32,000 nt of DNA from Melghirimyces algeriensis (GTDB taxonomy: Bacteria > Bacillota > Bacilli > Thermoactinomycetales > DSM-45169), in NCBI RefSeq assembly GCF_900182565.1, contig NZ_FXTI01000005.1, positions 83,254 through 115,253 of the forward strand. The letters run 5' to 3'. Shown one piece after another: positions 27,781 through 32,000 of this stretch. Position numbers and translations under genes: made by a program. Below the pieces are notes generated by a model. That model ran no database searches. It had not been told where the DNA came from and saw nothing but the letters and a program-made list of their open reading frames with translations. Numbering within the stretch: the first letter of the stretch is position 1; every line of letters begins with the position of its first letter.

Positions 27781-27950
27781 TAAAAAATCCCTTCTACCAG
27801 ATGTAGAAAGGATCGTTTTTGTCACCGAACCCTTTCTCTCATCTGCCAGGAACATTTATCCTGCAGGAATTGGCACCATCACCACAAAAACACTGCGGTT
27901 GGTTGCCGGGCTTCATCGGGCCAGTCCCTCCACCTCTCTGGATAAGAGAA
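27781..27950 (-). promoter_or_regulatory. SAM-I (S-box) riboswitch with terminator expression platform
   Basis: The aptamer on the minus strand reads CTCTTATCCAGAGAGGTGGAGGGACTGGCCCGATGAAGCCCGGCAACC...GGTGCCAATTCCTGCAGG...CTGGCAGATGAGAG (27948..27836). It is followed by the terminator TCCTTTCTAC-AUCUG-GTAGAAGGGA plus a T-run (27812..27781). Confidence 0.93.
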
Positions 27951-27978
27951 AAGAACTATTTCAAATTGTATAGATCAG

Positions 27979-28007
27979 ATAGTAACATGCTCTCTTGCTT
28001 CCGTCAA
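27979..28007 (-). promoter_or_regulatory. Putative sigma-A promoter of the S-box/metNIQ transcript
   Basis: Minus strand: TTGACG (28007..28002), a 17-nt spacer, then TACTAT (27984..27979), about 30 nt upstream of the riboswitch P1 helix. Confidence 0.5.
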
Positions 28008-28176
28008 CTTGAAAAAATAAGGAAGCCAGAGGAAGTCCCATTTCTGAAGGAGGATGTCAATCCTTTTGGACACTTTACTTGACATTACATTTCCATTACA
28101 AATAGACCATCATGCACTATTTAGAAGGTAAATGCCTTATAATATAGTTAACAAGCGGTATCGGGAGGTGGCTCAA

Positions 28177-28287
28177 ATGAACTATCCAGTCGTCGGCAAG
28201 TCTTTCTGGTTTGGCATTTTTAATGCAGCGCTTTTGAGCATCCCCTTGTGGCTCCTCTTTTATTATTCCCTTCGCTTTCTGTTCTGA
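28177..28287 (+). CDS. Unannotated 36-aa hydrophobic small protein (MNYPVVGKSFWFGIFNAALLSIPLWLLFYYSLRFLF)
   Basis: ATG 28177 lies 6 nt after GGGAGGTGG, with TATAAT at 28138-28143 upstream and a terminator hairpin 28345-28376 downstream. It falls below the size cutoff of the ORF track. Confidence 0.5.
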   Translation: MNYPVVGKSFWFGIFNAALLSIPLWLLFYYSLRFLF

Positions 28288-28344
28288 AAACAATCCAATT
28301 GCACATCAACCATTCATTTGATTCAGCAACCAAACGCACAGAAA

Positions 28345-28376
28345 AAAGGATTGCACATTGGCAACCCTTTTGTATT
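28345..28376. terminator. Bidirectional terminator between the small ORF and the sugar transferase gene
   Basis: AAAGGATTGC (28345-28354) pairs with GCAACCCTTT (28361-28370), with one mismatch. A T-run follows on the plus strand and an A-run precedes it. Confidence 0.65.
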
Positions 28377-28378
28377 AT

Positions 28379-29026
28379 TTATCTGGCTCCGCTTCCTGAA
28401 AGAACGACCCAGACCGTCCGTATGAGAATTTTCATGTCCAAAGCAAACGATTGGTTGCGGATATAAAACATATCCAACTGAAACTTTTCTTTGGGAGTGG
28501 ATTCATATCCACCATTCACCTGAGCCCATCCGGTCAAACCCGGTTTCACCATCAATCGTTGTTTAAAGCCTGGGATCTGCCCAGCAAATTTTTCCGTAAA
28601 CACATAACGCTCCGGTCGAGGACCGATTAAGCTCATGTCCCCCCGCAATACGTTAATCAGTTGGGGCACTTCATCGATCCGAGTCTTGCGTATAAACTTC
28701 CCAACACGGGTTACACGAGGGTCGTTTTTGGATGCCCATTGCGGCCCGTTCTTTTCCGCATCCATACGCATAGAACGTAATTTGATAATGTGAAAACGCC
28801 GACCTTGCAGTCCCAAACGTTCTTGCGTATAGAAAGCCGGACCTTTGGATTCCAGCCGAATCATCACCACGGTCAAAATCAAAACGGGAGATATGAAGAG
28901 CAAGAGAGCAATGGAAAAAACGACTTCAAAGACTCTTTTACAAAAAGGGTATATGCCGACTGTATATGGCGAACCCTCGGTCCGCGCTTGCGAATCGCTT
29001 TCATAAGCTACCGCTTTGGAACGCAT
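28379..29026 (-). CDS. Undecaprenyl-phosphate sugar phosphotransferase (bacterial sugar transferase family, short WbaP C-terminal / EpsL / TuaA type)
   Basis: One TM helix, then KGPAFYTQERLG, DEVPQLINVLRGDMSLIGPRP and PGLTGWAQVNG. Start is ATG 29026 (AGGAGTGG upstream) or GTG 29059. Confidence 0.88.
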   Translation of the reverse strand: MRSKAVAYESDSQARTEGSPYTVGIYPFCKRVFEVVFSIALLLFISPVLILTVVMIRLESKGPAFYTQERLGLQGRRFHIIKLRSMRMDAEKNGPQWASKNDPRVTRVGKFIRKTRIDEVPQLINVLRGDMSLIGPRPERYVFTEKFAGQIPGFKQRLMVKPGLTGWAQVNGGYESTPKEKFQLDMFYIRNQSFALDMKILIRTVWVVLSGSGAR

Positions 29027-29158
29027 CCGCAAACCACTCCTGCCATCATTAGATTCCACTCAATTTAAGTATCTATAAGGAAATGTTACAAGAACATTAC
29101 AGGCAATCTTCCGTTCAAGCTGTCAACCTGATACAAAGTATACTTCAGATGCCCAAGT

Positions 29159-29210
29159 TTTACAATACATCTTAGCGTTTATTTTACACAAACTTTACAT
29201 GTATATTACA
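29159..29210 (+). promoter_or_regulatory. Phased TTTACA direct repeats (response-regulator-type site, PhoP-box-like)
   Basis: TTTACA at 29159, 29183 and 29194, and ATTACA at 29205. The last three are spaced exactly 11 bp apart (hexamer plus a 5-nt spacer). Confidence 0.35.
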
Positions 29211-30138
29211 AGCAAACTCCATCCATCTTCTTCCGGCAATATTCCATCGTCCAGCGCAGACCTTCCTCCAGCTCAGTACAGGGTGACCAACCAAGAACTG
29301 TTTTGGCTCGGTCCACACAGAAACAGCTGAATCGAATATCTCCCGAACGTTCAAGCGCATGTTTCACTTCCACTTTTCCACCGTATATTTCCCCCATCAC
29401 CTTGACCAAGTCATTCAGCGAAGTGCTCACACCGGTTCCCAGATTCAAGGTTTCTCCATCTCCATGTTCAAGCGCAGCAATATTGGCACGGGCAATATCT
29501 TCAACATAGATATAATCCCGTGTCTGCTCCCCATCACCGAAGATTGTCAACGGCTGGTTGCGCAATAAACGATCGATGAATATAGAGATGACGGCACCCT
29601 CACCATGAGCAACCTGACGAATCCCATAGACATTGGCATAGCGGAGAATCGTATAGGATAACCCATACAATTCAGCATAGACTTTTATATAAGTTTCGGG
29701 GGTCAGTTTGGAAATACCATACGGGGACAAGGGAGAAATCGGATGGTCTTCATCGATTGGAAGATATTCAGGATTTCCATACACCGCTGCTGAAGAAGCA
29801 TAGATAATTTTCTTGACTCCATGACAACGACAAGCTTCCAGGAGGCGAATCGTTCCCAGAATATTGGTCTGGGCGTCCATCATTGGGTTTTCGACGGATT
29901 GGGTAACTTGGGATTGTGCCGCTTGGTGAATCACTACATCCGGCTTTTCCTCCCGAAATACCCAATCAATTGCCTCATCTTGAACGTTCATACGGTAAAA
30001 AGGAATGCCATCTTTGAGATGGGTTTCTTCCCCCGTTGAAAGATTATCCAGCACAATCGGCTGATTTCCGTTCTCTAACAATTGGTCCACAATATGTGAT
30101 CCAATAAATCCTGCTCCTCCTGTTACTAATACTTTCAT
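29206..30138 (-). CDS. NAD-dependent epimerase/dehydratase, GalE-like UDP-hexose 4-epimerase
   Basis: VTGGAGFIGSH Rossmann motif, SSAAVYG, and the catalytic YxxxK (YGISK). Start at ATG 30138, after GAAGGGG. Confidence 0.85.
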   Translation of the reverse strand: MKVLVTGGAGFIGSHIVDQLLENGNQPIVLDNLSTGEETHLKDGIPFYRMNVQDEAIDWVFREEKPDVVIHQAAQSQVTQSVENPMMDAQTNILGTIRLLEACRCHGVKKIIYASSAAVYGNPEYLPIDEDHPISPLSPYGISKLTPETYIKVYAELYGLSYTILRYANVYGIRQVAHGEGAVISIFIDRLLRNQPLTIFGDGEQTRDYIYVEDIARANIAALEHGDGETLNLGTGVSTSLNDLVKVMGEIYGGKVEVKHALERSGDIRFSCFCVDRAKTVLGWSPCTELEEGLRWTMEYCRKKMDGVCL

Positions 30139-30420
30139 AGCCAAACCCCTTCTCTCACTCAATCCAATGCTTTTTCATGATACCATTTTATCTTTTGCGA
30201 TGATCAACAGCCTTTTATTTCCCCCATTTAGTAAAACGTGAGCTGAACCCGCAAAGTTCCATAACAAAAAAGGAAAAATTCACTTGTTCATCCAGGGCAG
30301 TTTCTTTCAACCCTACACCAGTTCACCAGAACAATAAAGATTTATCCGATGGCGAATTCATGAACAAAAGACAACATCCTTCATCCAACCATGATGAAAT
30401 GAAACCATCCATATAAGCGG

Positions 30421-30446
30421 AAAACACCGGGTGAAGCCGGTGTTTT
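30421..30446. terminator. Terminator after the GT4 gene
   Basis: AAAACACCGG (30421-30430) pairs with CCGGTGTTTT (30437-30446). Confidence 0.7.
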
Positions 30447-30473
30447 CAAAAGAGTGCCAGAGGTAACGGACAT

Positions 30474-31730
30474 TTATCCTGATCGTTTCACTTCGTTTAT
30501 TTTCCTGATTCCATTGCACAATAGAGACTCCAATTCCCGATAAAGATGGGCAGCCAATTTTTGCCTGTCCCCATACTGCTCAATATACCATCGACCCCGA
30601 TTGGCAATTTGTTCTTTTTCATGGACAGAAAAACTTCTGATCCGTACGATCGCCTCAGCTAACCCTTGTGCACTTTCCGCCCCGCTGAACAAACCGAGAC
30701 GGTTCCCCTCCACAATTTCACGAACTTCTCCGTCAACTGTCGTTATAATGGGCTTACCCACATACATATAGTCAAACAATTTATTTGGACGAGCTCCCCG
30801 AAAGATTTCATTGTCGGCCAGAGAAATGACACCGCAATCAGCAGCATCGATATAGTTATAGATCTCATCTTTGGAAACAGGGGCGTAGAAATGGACATTG
30901 TGTAACCCGCGCTCCTTTTTGATCTTCTGGAGACGATTTTTTTCAGGTCCATCTCCGATTAAGACAATCGCATAATGATCTGGCAGATATTCTCCCGCTC
31001 GTACCACATATTCCAGTGCGTTAGCTGGACCGTGGGCGCCGGCGTAAAGTGTTAGAAACTGATGCGGAGCAATCCCCATTCGACGTCGACAGGTTTTTCT
31101 CTTCATGGAATCCGGTTTCCAGGAGCCCTTGACAATACCGTTGGGAATCAGTGAGATTTTGGCTGCGTCAATCCCCTTGGATTGAATAAATTTGCGCTGA
31201 TATTCCGTTAAAACAACGATTTTATTCGCTTTTTTATATAAAAACCGTTCCAAACCGGATAAGACTTTGATCATCAGCGGGTTTTTTAATCCGCCCATTT
31301 TTACCAACGTATCCGGCCACAGATCCCGTACTTCCAATACAAATGGGCATCGTTTCACCTTGGAAAGAATCCAACCGGACAGAGGTGTCAAGAGGTGGGG
31401 AGTGGAAGCAAATAACACATCGGGTCGCCTTCGAAACAACCCTTTTAGTAAAAAGAGGAACGCAAAGCTCAACATATTCAACACACGTCGAATATCATTT
31501 TCACTATGGGGGAAAGACCAAATCCACCGCAGATGAAGCCCTGGGACAGGTTTCAGCTCACGCTTGGATTCTTCATCAATCGCCCGGCGTCTGGAATGAT
31601 TGAATGAGGAAAGCCACAATGTTACTTCCGTTTGTTCTTCATTCGTCCACTCACAGGCCAGTTCATAATGTCGGGTAATCCCGCCGATATTCGGGGGAAC
31701 AGCATAGTGATTGGCGATCCAAATATGCAA
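30474..31730 (-). CDS. Family-4 glycosyltransferase (WbuB-like)
   Basis: 418 aa. The N-terminus MHIWIANHYAVPPNIGGITRHYELA is typical of the WbuB-type GT4 subfamily, and the C-terminal half has a GT-B fold (E-x7-E-like region). Confidence 0.8.
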   Translation of the reverse strand: MHIWIANHYAVPPNIGGITRHYELACEWTNEEQTEVTLWLSSFNHSRRRAIDEESKRELKPVPGLHLRWIWSFPHSENDIRRVLNMLSFAFLFLLKGLFRRRPDVLFASTPHLLTPLSGWILSKVKRCPFVLEVRDLWPDTLVKMGGLKNPLMIKVLSGLERFLYKKANKIVVLTEYQRKFIQSKGIDAAKISLIPNGIVKGSWKPDSMKRKTCRRRMGIAPHQFLTLYAGAHGPANALEYVVRAGEYLPDHYAIVLIGDGPEKNRLQKIKKERGLHNVHFYAPVSKDEIYNYIDAADCGVISLADNEIFRGARPNKLFDYMYVGKPIITTVDGEVREIVEGNRLGLFSGAESAQGLAEAIVRIRSFSVHEKEQIANRGRWYIEQYGDRQKLAAHLYRELESLLCNGIRKINEVKRSG

Positions 31731-31752
31731 TTCGCTTCACTCCCTCAATCCC

Positions 31753-32000
31753 TCAAAGCTTTTGGTAAAGCTGAATCAACTTTTTTTCTTCCACATTCCA
31801 GTTGTAAACATTCCGATATGCTCTCTCTCCATTTTTACCCATCTGTTTTCTCCGTTGATCATTCGTCAGAATCTCGGTCACCTTTTCAGCCATCTCTTCA
31901 GGGTTCAATGGATCAACGGTAACACCCGCTCCGCTTCCTTCAACAATCTCCCTCCACAATGGAAAGTTCGTTGCCACAACCGGCAACCCAGCCGACATAT
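31753..32000 (-). CDS. C-terminal part of another GT1/GT4 glycosyltransferase, truncated by the window edge
   Basis: The sequence ...AGLPVVATNFPLWREIVEGSGAGVTVDP... is the conserved C-terminal nucleotide-sugar-binding region of GT-B enzymes. The ORF is open to the window end. Confidence 0.7.
   Translation of the reverse strand, partial: MSAGLPVVATNFPLWREIVEGSGAGVTVDPLNPEEMAEKVTEILTNDQRRKQMGKNGERAYRNVYNWNVEEKKLIQLYQKL

Noticed and set aside
28248-28466. 72-aa plus-strand ORF from the track
   Set aside because: It has a GTG start without an RBS, runs through the bidirectional terminator and into the 3' end of the sugar transferase gene, and is in a different frame from the well-signalled 36-codon ORF.
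1-32000. CRISPR arrays, tRNA/rRNA genes, intact mobile elements, and recognisable defence or toxin-antitoxin gene pairs
   Set aside because: Reading both strands, I found no regularly spaced direct repeats, no cloverleaf-compatible or rRNA-like segments, no intact transposase, integrase or reverse transcriptase, and no nuclease- or ATPase-type defence signatures. A programmatic scan (tRNAscan-SE, minced, PADLOC/DefenseFinder) would be needed to be certain.

Overview
A 32-kb chromosomal window from a Firmicutes, Bacillales-like genome. Nearly all genes are on the minus strand. As I recall the B. subtilis map, the backbone matches its comF - hpf - secA - prfB - cccB neighbourhood.

Gene content, left to right:
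- argC, plus the first codons of the next arg gene
- a divergent TauE/SafE exporter and LysR regulator pair
- a cytochrome c551 lipoprotein
- a crotonase
- a CvfC-like Nfu/HEAT protein
- a YwqG/DUF1963 protein
- an AT-rich islet with two small envelope proteins and an IS3-type transposase scar
- an MBL-fold hydrolase and a secreted hypothetical protein
- prfB with the classical +1 frameshift, then secA, hpf, a CspA-type cold-shock protein and HU
- comFC and comFA
- a small membrane protein with a GT2-like fragment
- metK
- a lipoprotein subtilase with three PPC-like repeats
- an LCP protein and YigZ
- metNIQ behind a textbook SAM-I (S-box) riboswitch
- the start of a polysaccharide locus: a sugar transferase, a GalE-like epimerase and two GT4 glycosyltransferases

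I saw no rRNA, tRNA or CRISPR array, and no recognisable multi-gene defence, toxin or secondary-metabolite system.

The unusual signals are at the DNA/RNA level:
1. Three perfect tandem DnaA boxes between hup and csp.
2. A roughly 170-nt highly structured GC-rich element upstream of the argC promoter.
3. A hairpin repeat present twice in terminator positions.
4. Helically phased TTTACA direct repeats at the polysaccharide locus.
5. An unannotated 36-codon membrane ORF with its own RBS and terminator.
6. A metK leader with no recognisable S-box.
7. A variable segment between cccB and prfB carrying an AT-rich islet next to an IS scar.

All functional calls come from motif recognition by eye. No database search was run.
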